Source: Lama guanicoe
Lineage: Eukaryota
Direction of reading: 5' to 3'
Assembly (NCBI GenBank): GCA_013239625.1
Contig: MU054041.1
Coordinates: forward strand, 124,001-144,575
Length of the DNA stretch: 20,575 bases
Below, in pieces: positions 1 to 10,003 of this stretch (positions are counted from its first letter, which is position 1; every line of letters starts with the position of its first letter). The notes beneath the pieces are model-generated. The model was not told the origin of the DNA and ran no database searches. It saw only the letters and a list, made by a program, of their open reading frames with translations. The position numbers and the translations under genes were made by a program.

Positions 1-265
1 CAGATTCTGAGTGCAATTTGAAGACATGAAGCATTTTAAGAAGGGATGTAATCCATTTTAGATTTTTACACATTCACTTTCATGTTAGGTGTGGAGTCGA
101 TTAAGAGATAACAAGGAAAGTAGATAAATCAGTTAGTAGGCCATTGCAGTTGACTTGGTGAAAAATGACGGTGATCTGGAAATGAGAATAGAGAAAAAAT
201 GGGTTGTTTTGAGCTATAATACATAGTTAGACTCAAGAAAATACAATGTTCAATCGTACTGGAGT
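1..265 (-). mobile_element. L2 LINE fragment (left part, interrupted by an LTR)
   Basis: The purine-rich tract 'cagttagtaggccattgcagttgacttggtgaaaaatgacggtgatctgga...gagaaaaaatgggttgttttgag' matches the recalled reverse-complement L2 consensus (accagttaggaggctattgcagtagtccaggcgagagatgatggtggcttgga). Confidence 0.75.
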
Positions 266-267
266 TT

Positions 268-730
268 TGTGATTACGCAGAGTTCATCCCTGTTTTCTAA
301 CCACACCCAAATTTCCTTTCATGGTATTATCACACTCCTACAATGCACAGAATTTATAAAACGATAAAATGATGTATTCCCTTTCACCTGAGAACTGAAT
401 ATATCCCTGTAGGCTCCTTTTGTCAGATCTCTTCTCCTTAACTTACCCAGGGATTGGATACACGAGGCATAGCCCCCTGGGCACAGTTTCCCAGATGTGT
501 TCATCTTGAGGGAGTGGTAAAGGCTGGAACAGATGGCGTTCACTGACTGGAGGGTACTCTTAACCATGCAGCTCCTGCCACGAGACCATTGCTACGGTTC
601 TTGTTTCCTGACTGGATCAAAGCCTGGTCTTCTATTATTTGGTTGATTGGGGGAGTCTAAGTTACTTAGGATAATTTCACATTCATATTAGCCAGAATCA
701 GATTCTGTGGTTTGTACACAAAGAATCCTA
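268..730 (+). mobile_element. ERVL-class solo LTR (LTR33/LTR16-like; MLT1 not excluded) inserted in L2
   Basis: Starts TGTG. 'catccctgttttctaaccacacccaaatttccttt' resembles the LTR33 5' end. The 3' end 'ttagccagaatcagattctgtggtttgtacacaaagaatccta' matches the shared ERVL/MaLR LTR terminus (ttagccagagttggtttctgttgcttgcaaccaagaatcct). L2 sequence lies on both sides. No clear TSD. Confidence 0.6.
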
Positions 731-1295
731 GGATTCCCCAGATTTTGATTTAAACATCTGAGTGAATAGTGGTGGTGTAACCGGGTGAGCTAGGGGAAAT
801 GGGGCCAACATAGATCTATGAAAGTGAATAATGAAGCTTTAGATATGTTAGTTTGAAGTGCCTGTGGGATGTTTAAAAAGACACTGAGAAGCCGTTGGAA
901 TTAAGTGTTTAGTGGTTAGAAATAGAACAGAGCTTTAATTTAAAAGTGAGGGAACATACATATGTATACATGATATTTAAAAACCATGGACACTGATAAG
1001 AGCCATTAGAAAGAGACAACTGAGAAAGATGTGGAGAGTCAGGACAAACCCTGGAAATTCCAACATTTCAAGATGGGTTACAAGAGGACAAGGAACAAAT
1101 CAGACTAAGATGGAGCAGCAGAGTGTCCACGGCCTACTCACGGTCCACTGAGTGGCAGAGCGTGTCTCACAGAAACGTACGAGGGTGTATCTGTAGAACA
1201 GAATGATCAGCATTATGGAAAGCAGCTGGAAATTTAAGTAGGATGAGGACTGAAAACTATGCACTTGTCTGGCAAAGGAAGGTATTAATGGTGTT
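731..1295 (-). mobile_element. L2 LINE fragment (continuation)
   Basis: 'ttagatatgttagtttgaagtgcctgtgggatgt', 'gatatttaaaaaccatggacactgataagag', 'aaccctggaaattccaacatttcaag' and 'aagtaggatgaggactgaaaa' are characteristic L2 minus-strand motifs in colinear order. Confidence 0.8.
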
Positions 1296-1601
1296 CAAAG
1301 AACAGAAGCAAAGGGTACTCAGAGGCCAAACTGGACGTTTACCTCCTTGGGCTGAAGAGAATTACAACAGCCTTCTTTTGTGGGGACAACACCAATGCAA
1401 AGACAGTCTCTCGTTCTCACTCAGGCTTCCATGTTGAGGTCGTGGCAGAATTCCTCAGGGCCCTGGCAGCCAAGGAGTGGGAATTCCAAGGACAATACCA
1501 CCCACTTTACTGACTCTCTGCAATGGCTGATGGTTTCTGATTAGCTTTGAGGGGAAAGTGGTCCTAGCCATGGCTGCTCACAATATTTCACTTTATTATA
1601 G

Positions 1602-1690
1602 TGTAACATTTGATACATACAAACAATCGTTAGCTACTCTGGGCAGGGTATATGTCAAGGCAATGCTCCTACCGCAGCAGTTGCCAGAAA
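1602..1690 (+). other. candidate internal exon (89 nt), unverified
   Basis: Branch-like CTCAC at ~1577, acceptor tttcactttattatAG ending at 1601, donor AAA|GTAAGT at 1691. One frame is open (VTFDTYKQSLATLGRVYVKAMLLPQQLPE) with no homology I recognise. Confidence 0.25.
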
Positions 1691-2119
1691 GTAAGTAAAT
1701 ATTAAATATTACTTTTTGTTAACACATTAGTAACATGTGGAATCAGTAAGTCCTAAAGGAACTAAAATTGCAGAAAGGTAACAGCCTTTTTTGGTTTTCA
1801 AATCTTAAGGGACAAATGTAGGAGTATCAATTAAATGCCAGGTAAGGTCATACCTGAGACCTGAGTCACATGTTAATTTATTAGTTGGTAAAACATGGGA
1901 AAGATTCAAATGTGATGACTGACAATGGACAAAATTTAAAGGGATTCTTCAAGAAAACAGAGCTTGACAAATATCATATATCCATGGAAATGGATGAAGA
2001 CTACAATAAACTGAAAATGGACTCACTTAAAAAGTCAAATCCAAATTAGACACAATCATAAGTAATATCAAGTGTTTACAAAATATTACTGTGTCCCTCA
2101 AATCTGCTTTTCTGTAGGT

Positions 2120-2300
2120 ACAAAACCTTGATAAAATCATTTAATTTTCACTAGCTTCTGGTTTCTTATTTGTAACCATAATCTAACCTGATTTGTTAGG
2201 ATAATTCATTTATGAAACAGATCCAACCATATCTGTTTTATGTTATACAAGATTTTTTTTGAGGATTAAAATAAGATCACAAATATAAAAGTGTTTGGTT
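2120..2300 (+). mobile_element. MIR SINE fragment (degraded)
   Basis: 'accttgataaaatcatttaattttcactagcttctggtttcttatttgtaa' and 'tttgaggattaaaataagatcacaaatataaaagtgtttgg' match the MIR core and 3' part. Confidence 0.6.
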
Positions 2301-2421
2301 ATTTATCTTTTAAAGTATAATTCATACAAAAAAGGAAAATCAGATAAGATACCTATAAAATATTGTAGAGAAATAAAATGAGATAATTTTACTTTTAATA
2401 GTAAATTAATTAGATAAAAGT

Positions 2422-2650
2422 TTTTTATCACTTATTGAGCCCTTATTAATGGCACTAGGCTGAGTACTTTACATGCTTTAATCTCACTTTATCTATACAG
2501 TAAACCCATGAGGTAGTTATTATGAGTACCTTAATGCACATGAGGTTTAGAGAGATTAAAAAGAACTTGATTAAGACTAAATTGCAAGTGGCAGATCTGA
2601 AATTTGGACCCAGGAATTCTAACACCAGAGCCCCACTCTCTTAGTCTATG
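2422..2650 (-). mobile_element. MIR SINE (MIR/MIRb-like), near full length
   Basis: 'cacttattgagc...ggcactaggctgagtactttacatgctttaatctcact...aacccatgaggtagttattat...gaggtttagagagattaa...aagtggcagatctgaaatttggacccagg...ccagagcccc' is the reverse-complement MIR consensus. Confidence 0.85.
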
Positions 2651-3673
2651 AAAACAGAAAGCAAGTAGCTACAGATTCAGGAGGTAATTTTTAATTGTGC
2701 AGCTCTGTTAGATTTAACTACAAAAAGGAAAAAAACCTACAACACATATCTTAAGATAGAGGTAGTTGGATTTATGAAATCTTATAAGTTATTCAAGGTA
2801 AAATCATTAAATATAAAGTATTTGTGTGAAAATATGTCATCGTTTATGAAGTTATGCAAATTTTGATAGAGACATCATGTTTCTACCACCAAATTAAATG
2901 CACAAATTAGTTACAAATTGAGAAATTTGCTTCATGACTGCGGCAAAAGAGTTCCAATAAAAATGTATGCTTTGCTTCAGTGTTCTAGATAGTCCTCAAA
3001 ACAGACACATTTATGTAACTTTGGAATTAATTTTTTTTGCAAAATTTTTGCTACTTTCAAAGAAGCATATATATATATCTAATCAAAATCTGTATATCAA
3101 CATAAATGTCATACTAGAACCAATAAGCCCAGCCATCAGACATTGTCTCTGTGATGTGTGTAATAAAGTAATACTTTGTGCTTTTCAAAGCAGAAAGCCA
3201 TGATCGGCCATTCTATAACTAATATGGCGTGGGGAGAATTTTCCAGCTTGCAGTGTAGGAATTAGCTGAGACTTAAGCCATAAAAAACAGTAGCTTGACA
3301 CAACTGACCTGACTGTTCTCCAGGTTGAAGGGTGATTTACTGAACAGAGAAAAAGATGTCCTTTCTGGCCAACAGACTCTCTCAGAGAACCAAAACAATC
3401 AGATAGTCTACAGCCATTTTAACCAAATCAGACTGACCACTCAGATTTTCATCCACTGTTCTGTTTTAAACTTTTGAACAGTGATGTAAAGTTAAACTGC
3501 CTTTCATTAAGGTTCATTTGGTACACTGCGTTAGGATAGCAAAGTGAAATTTTGAAAATGAAATTTAAATTAAGTCTTAAAATGATTTTTTTCCTTGAAT
3601 AAACAGTTAATTGATTTTAAAGTGTTTTCCTTGGAGTGTGAATTATTGCAAAATTGTCTTCCTCTTTGTGTAG

Positions 3674-3740
3674 AAACTTAAATAATGTCACTAAGATACC
3701 TGGAAAATAGAGGCTGAAACATCAGTGACAACAGTCTTTT
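3674..3740 (+). other. candidate non-coding exon (67 nt), unverified
   Basis: Acceptor ttgtcttcctctttgtgtAG ending at 3673 and donor TTT|GTAAGT at 3741. Stops in all three frames. Lies in repeat-free sequence. Confidence 0.3.
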
Positions 3741-4739
3741 GTAAGTACCCTCACAGCTAATTATTCTCTCTGGATATGAGTGGCCACTGTGGTAATCACT
3801 CAGCAATCTGTGGTGGTAACTACAACAGGTGACACAGTCAAGAGAGCGTTCCCCTCTGCATGCTTTGTTTGAAGGAAGATGAGCCACAAGTTTTCTGAAA
3901 GTATTGTGAATGTTAAAAGAAATCTAGTTACATAGTTTGTTGCCAAACTTAATTCTTCTTTCTTCTATACACTCACTGGCCCATTTACATGTTATATATT
4001 CACAACTCAAAGAATAAGCTATAAAATATTGTAAGAAATCAGTCATGAAAAAAGCTACAAACTCTTGGTATTTACTTCTCATGTAATACATAATCAGATT
4101 CAATAACACGGGGATGTAAAACCTAATTAAATCTGACAGTACTATTGGAATTAATGTACAACTTTACTAGCTTTAAAAATGTGTCAACTTTATGTATTTT
4201 TTATTCTTATTAATAAATAACAGATAAATTGAGGCTTGTTTTTACATTTTCACTGTAGACTCAGTGTATTTTAAATATTAAAGAAATATTTGTCGAAGTA
4301 CTGTAATTTGAAAGTTAAATCAACATACATCAAGTCAAGAAGTCAGTCAGATTTTTAGACAGATATCCCATATTGTTAGTGTAACAAACATACATTCATC
4401 TCTAATTTTTAGTTTCTATGCAATGGTCTTTAAGAACATGAAGCAGTAATGATTTGGACAATGTAAGGAGATTGATTTTAGGTCAATTAATATTTAAAAG
4501 AGGTTTTGAATAAACTTAAGTTTTAAAAGTCACTGTCAGAACTTTATGTGCAATCACAATTTAACCCAAACCAAACTCATTTTTAATCTTTAAATTTTAA
4601 TTGTTGAACTTATACAGGTAGGCAAATACAGTCAATTTCATTTGAAGTTTAGGGAAATTGTACAACCAAATATAGTATTTGTTTACACATGAAGTTTAAA
4701 AAATTACTGTGTATTGTTTATTAGGAGTAGCCAAAGTGG

Positions 4740-4764
4740 CAACTTGAGTAAGTTACTCAAGTTG
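4740..4764. repeat. perfect inverted repeat, 12-bp arms with 1-nt spacer
   Basis: CAACTTGAGTAA-G-TTACTCAAGTTG, read directly from the sequence. Confidence 0.95.
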
Positions 4765-4873
4765 AATATCCAACTGCCTTCTCTTTCAGTTTTGGGTAAC
4801 ACATCCTGCACAACAGCTCAGTTACAGTAATTACATATTCTTTGTAAATGGTGACTATTTTGAGTGTGGGATC

Positions 4874-5245
4874 TGTGTCAATTATTAAGCTATTGTCTCC
4901 CACCCTCAAATCTACCGTTCTATTGTGATGCTGGTGCTGTTACCCTGCAAATTACATTTCTCTTTACTCAGCTACATTCTTGGTAGCTTCTGCCAACAGG
5001 GAACACTAGGGGAAGACTGGAAGGTAAAAAGAGTGAAGGAGTTCTTGTTTTGGTGGCTACTCACCCTAGGGATGACCCTTCATTCTTGGTCCAGCCACCA
5101 ACTTATTTTAGCACCACCAAAGCTAGCCTCACAGGCATGAGCAGCTGCCAAGCAGTGTCCTCTCCTTCGAAGCCTCAGTTCGGGCTCTGTGGCACCACTT
5201 CTTTATGGTACCAGCAGACACTGGGCTGTATCCCCTCCTTAGAGG
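4874..5245 (+). mobile_element. LTR41-like ERVL solo LTR, 5' portion
   Basis: 'tgtgtcaattattaagctattgtctcccaccctcaaatctaccgttctattgtgatgctggtgctgttaccctgcaaattacatttctctttactcagct...cttctgccaacagggaacactaggggaagactggaagg' closely follows the recalled LTR41 5' consensus. The 3' boundary is uncertain. Confidence 0.75.
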
Positions 5246-6684
5246 AGCAGTGTCAAATTCTTTGCAAGGCTGCCAAAAACTAAACAGTCAGGGGAAGGCT
5301 GTCAGAACTGAAAGTGGCCAAATGAATAATATCAGGTTTGGGTGCCAGCAATTAAGGTGTAAGCCTACGAGAATATGTGTGAGGAAGTTGGAAACAATTC
5401 ATCAAAGAGGGAGAAGAAAGACTTGAATGACTCAAAAAGGGGTATTTTTATATTATTTCATATAAACTAATCAAAAGAAGGGGCTAAGTGAATCGCCCTG
5501 ACTTTATGGGCAAGGAGAAGAATAAATGTAGCTGAATACTAGATGCCAGAATTGTGGCAGATGGTTTGCTTTGAAAACCCACAATGCTGGCATACCCAAA
5601 GCACAAGATAATGGTTCCACAGTTTAAGCTTCAGATTACAAATAGAGGTAAAAGTCTATTTTTACAGGTGATGAATGGCAAACTGACTTGACCGTAGTCT
5701 CTTCAATAGCAACATTTTATTTATAAAAATATTAGTTAACTTTGCTATAGGTTAATGTTTCTTATTAGTTTCCATAATTTCCCTGATAAGCCCAGAGTTA
5801 ATTACAATTACCCTGAGACTTTAGTCCTTATATACTCAGGAAACTGAAACTAAAATCCAAATGTATTTGACCATATCAATAGTTATCTTTTCCCTGAACA
5901 ATTAATAGGTTGAGCTCTTACAGAATGTGGGATAAAATGTTTCCATATAAAAGAAGCCTTTTCCACAGACCTTCAAAAATAAGATAGGCAAAACATAAAT
6001 TGACTTGTTTGGGGTGTGGTGGTTTTATGCCCATATTACGCACCTGTAGGCTGAGGTGTATTCCTAACTCCCGTTACTATTATTCACAAGACTTTGTTCC
6101 ACTGTGATTCTAAAACTCCACTGTAAATGCCACGACAAAGTAGGTTAAAAGTATAGAATTTATTCACTTAAATCCATTCTAGAGAGATTTTCCAACTGCA
6201 GAGAGTGGAAATCAATACTGAGGACAAAAGTCTCATAAGACTTTGGCACAAAAGGAAGAAAATGTTTTTTAAAAATGAACATACACAGCTGTTTGTTAAG
6301 CAACAGTGTAGCCCTCAGATACTCAAAACCATTTTGTTCCATGAACATGATCTATCAATTATGAAATAATGAAGTGTGACAAAGGTTGAATTTGTAAAAG
6401 ACGGGCTGCAAGAAAGTGATGACGGTGCAAGAATCCTGTTATCCTCCCTCAACTTTAATTTTATTTTATTGAGTTTAGATCTGAGGGTGGAAGGGTAACT
6501 GCGTTCTTTTCACCATCACCACGTAGCTACAATCCCCAGAACACAGCATTACATTTAAGAACTATGGTACCTGTATCAGTAATGAAAGCGCACTGCCCAT
6601 TCCACCATCACCTCTTCTGCATTGCGAATATCAGCTAAAATGGCCAGGAATCAATCCTTTAACTCTTTCTGACTCTGCATGTTG

Positions 6685-6702
6685 TTATTATTATTATTAT
6701 TT
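6685..6702 (+). repeat. short (TTA)n simple repeat
   Basis: ttattattattattattt read directly. Confidence 0.8.
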
Positions 6703-6729
6703 TGGCTATACATTCCTAGTGAACTAAAT

Positions 6730-7030
6730 AGCTTGTTTACTGTTTTACTTATCTTTTAAAATATGTATTTGAAATGGCTTATAAGATGTACATTATTACA
6801 AGATAAAATGAAACTGACAATCTGAAGAGAAGGAAAAAAAGATGTAAAATGAAGCTAGGGTTAAGATTTAGCTGTCAAAATTCATGCCATGTAAATTTTT
6901 CATAAATTGAATTTCTGGGCTATTTTCCAAGTCAAGTGAAAGAAGAAAACACAACAGTCTCATCGCCTTTTTTATTTTTTAATAATTCTGAAGAGTGGTT
7001 ATACAGTGCCAGTGATGCTAAGAGGAAGAA
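6730..7030 (-). mobile_element. probable L4 (RTE-X) LINE 3' fragment
   Basis: 'aaatgaagctagggttaagatttagctgtcaaaattcatgccatg...ccaagtcaagtgaaagaagaaaacacaacagtctca' resembles the recalled L4 reverse-complement consensus. It may continue around 7510-7790. Confidence 0.5.
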
Positions 7031-7605
7031 ACAAGAAAAAAGTTTTTATTTCAAGTCTCACATTTATCTTGAAGATTACTAGAAATTTTGTTTTTTCCTT
7101 CATAATATATACAGTTTTCACATTTTACATGTTTCAAATTACCCATGGGGAAACAAACTAAAATTTATATCACATTATTTGTGATTTTGCCTGTCTCCTG
7201 CTACATTACCACATACTCGACTTTGATCAAAACAATACATGGTCCAAAGGGTCTGTAAAATAAAAAAGCAAACTAGTCACATATGAGTTGCACTATTTTT
7301 CCAGTCATGAGACCCAAGATATCGTTTCCTATGAGTTTTCATTTTTTTAAAAAAATGTATGTGAAAAAAGACTTTCCTAGTATACCTATGCTGGAAGTGC
7401 AAGATCATAAAAAGATGGTTTGTATCAACATGAATACACTAGTGTCATTAGCTTATATAACCCTTACACCTTTTACTATTCTGCAGTATACTGTTTCCTA
7501 CTCATGACACATAGTCCAAGACACAGGTTGACAAAGTTGGTAAATTATTTTAGGTGGTCACTGAAAGATTATTTTCCTAAGAAAATTAGTATCTATTTCC
7601 CCAAG

Positions 7606-7606
7606 A

Positions 7607-7689
<83 letters not shown>
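7606..7689 (+). repeat. compound microsatellite (AG)20(TG)16
   Basis: Perfect AG run at 7617-7656 and perfect TG run at 7657-7688, preceded by an imperfect AG lead-in. Confidence 0.98.
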
Positions 7690-7691
<2 letters not shown>

Positions 7692-7837
7692 CAGTAACCA
7701 ACAGATCAATAGTGGAAAGTCCTCCTGATCCTAATATAAAATGTTGCAAAGTAAGCAATAGGGAACTTAAGTAGCAATCAGGATGGACCAAATAATCATG
7801 GCATGGTTATGAGTAGCCTTTGTAAGTAAATCAGTTG

Positions 7838-8048
7838 GGGGTATTAAGTTGTATTGCTAAAGAGAAACCAAAACCTTAGATTCAATCCTTATAAAGACCT
7901 GCTTCATAAAGATGAAAACTAATAACCACAGGTAAATCTCCTATATTATAAATGACTCATTTTTCAATCAAAAGCTTACATTTTCAAAGCAACCAGATAA
8001 GAGACTTCATCTCTCAATAAAAACACATCATTACAAAAGAAAAAAAAA
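7838..8048 (+). mobile_element. possible MamSINE1 (tRNA-RTE SINE) relic
   Basis: tRNA-like head 'ggtattaagttgtattgctaaagagaaaccaaaaccttagattcaatcc' with a B-box-like GATTCAATCC. Ends in an A-rich tail followed by (TA)n(CA)n. Confidence 0.4.
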
Positions 8049-8834
8049 TATATATGTATATACACACACATTAGTGTGGCACAGAAGAATGTCTTCATAA
8101 TGAATGTTTTCATAATAAAAATGACAGCACTGTGACTGCATTATCAATAATAATAACAAATATAATTAAATTATATAGTAACTATGGGAAATAATCATTC
8201 ATTACTAACAATAAATAATCACTAAATCATTTATTTCCTAGGTCAAATACAGTATGCATTATGTTATTTAGATATGTACTTAAGTTTAGGAAGGAAAATT
8301 ATTCCTTTTTTTTTTAATAGAGTTTCAATGAGTAATTAGCAAAACAACCCAAAAAAAGTCACAATAAATTATACACTGGATGCATTCATTGATAGTCTTA
8401 ACCAAAATACATTACTTCCTGGAAAACTGTGACTGGACTTCTTATAGAGAAAGGTCATGGATGCATTTATGATGTGTATTTCAATGTGGGACTCAAAACA
8501 CTTGAATTTATTATAGTCAGTCATGCAAACTGTGAAGAAATTTGCAAATGAAGAGTAAAATTAATGTCACTTTCACAGTTTGATTAGAGGGATGCAAGGA
8601 AAATCCTAGCCTTACATTGTTTCTCAGTTAGATAAAAATATCTGAGTCATTATTGATTGACATTGATTTTTAGACTTTTAAGTCATCCTGATTCTATTGA
8701 AATACTCACATATGTATATTGAAATGCAGTGTTCTACTAAAGTGAAAATACCTCATTTCCCTTAACACCTCTTTCCAGCTCATATTACAAGTTTTGCTTA
8801 TCATTTGCACTACCCAAAGGAAAATGTATGAATT

Positions 8835-8927
8835 TAGTGTGTCCTGCACACAGCTGTATCTCTAGCATGTGAGACACCGTCTGACACACAGTACATGGTC
8901 AATATATTTTTTAAATTGAGTAAATGC
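8835..8927 (+). mobile_element. L2 3' terminal fragment
   Basis: 'cacagctgtatctctagcatgtgagacaccgtctgacacacagtacatggtcaatatattttttaaattgagtaaatg' matches the L2a-type 3' end. Confidence 0.75.
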
Positions 8928-9199
8928 TTATTTTAGACAGATACACCTTGAAGTGGTAGTTTGTAGCCAGCTTTATGGGTATTAGATCACTAAACCTTTT
9001 CCCTGACTTTGGTTGGTAAATGTGACAATAAATATGCTTGTAGCACACTTGGATAAACATATATATGAATTCTGCCACAATGAAAGAAGTGAAAATGCTC
9101 ACTTGTAGGTCACAATGACATTCAAATCATCAACATCCTTTGAAATTGATCTGTACCTTCATTTGTCACTACTAAGCGAGCTTGCTTTCAAGGTATTTC

Positions 9200-10003
9200 T
9201 ATCTTGATCTCCCTTGTTCTTTTTCCTATCTTCTGCCTACCAAGTCTGAATGTACCCACTGATTCTGTATACTGTCATCTTCCATTTTTTTCATAACTTT
9301 AGGCAATGTTTTTCTGCATAGGACTCCATCTATAACTTTAAACTTTCTCAAGTACAGGCCTTGCATTTTCACTTGCCTATTGGGCACAAATACATTAATT
9401 TCTTTTGCTTCTGAAACTCAACCTATCCAGACCTTAATTCAATCATCTTCCTCTTTAAATACTTTCCTCTTCCTCCTCTTCTGTCAAATATATTTCTCCA
9501 GTTTCCAGATCAAAGCCTTGGAGTAATACTGAGTGTTCTTTTCATCTTCCTGCTTACACAGAATAAAGCCTCAGTTCCTGTCAACTAGATATCTATTATG
9601 TTTTGGGGTTTTTTTGTTTGTTTGGTTGGTTGTTTGTTTGGTCTCAATTGTCCTCTGCAGTCACCATCCTGAATCAGGAGTCATTTTTCTCAAATTCTGC
9701 CTTTTCCATAGACTGTCTACTGGCATCCCTGTCTCAAATTTCACGACTTCTGAAATTGAGATCAATCTCACTTTCATACATGGTACATTCTCACACCATT
9801 CCTCTCTCAACCTGATATAGACAAGCTTTCCTAAAATCTGCCCTTATCTATCTTTCCCAGGATTATTCCCTCCCATATGGTCCAGAAAATGTTCCAACCA
9901 TATTTCTCAAACATGCTAGTTCCTTCCCCACGTCTTCATCCATATTCATAACATTTATTTTCCTCCTGGTATGCCAAATGATACTCTACCCATTGTTCAA
10001 GAC
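9200..10003 (+). mobile_element. L2 LINE, 3' region (left of the MER21 insertion)
   Basis: Pyrimidine-rich. 'cacttgcctattgggcac...aaactcaacctatccagaccttaattcaatcatcttcc', 'aaagccttggagtaatactgag' and 'tctacccattgttcaagac' follow the L2 consensus. The left boundary is approximate. Confidence 0.75.

Noticed and set aside
1810..1841. 32-nt micro-exon candidate ending CAG|GTAAGG
   Set aside because: The acceptor is a weak AAG, the exon is very short and only ~120 nt from the previous donor; this is chance level.
4925..5426. Three overlapping + ORFs
   Set aside because: They lie largely in the LTR41-like element, use mostly non-ATG starts and show no protein-like homology.
7420..7791. ORFs 7420-7728 (+, 102 aa) and 7558-7791 (-, 77 aa)
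   Set aside because: They stay open only because they cross the stop-free (AG)n(TG)n microsatellite, giving ERER/CVCV and THTH/LSLS runs.
9103..9149. Possible minus-strand exon (donor GTGAGC, frame SISKDVDDLNVIVTY)
   Set aside because: The upstream acceptor is purine-rich (aaatgaaggtacag), has no pyrimidine tract and adjoins L2-derived sequence.
9533..9820. Hydrophobic ORFs resembling membrane peptides
   Set aside because: They arise from a T-rich (TTTG/TTGG)n tract inside a decayed L2.
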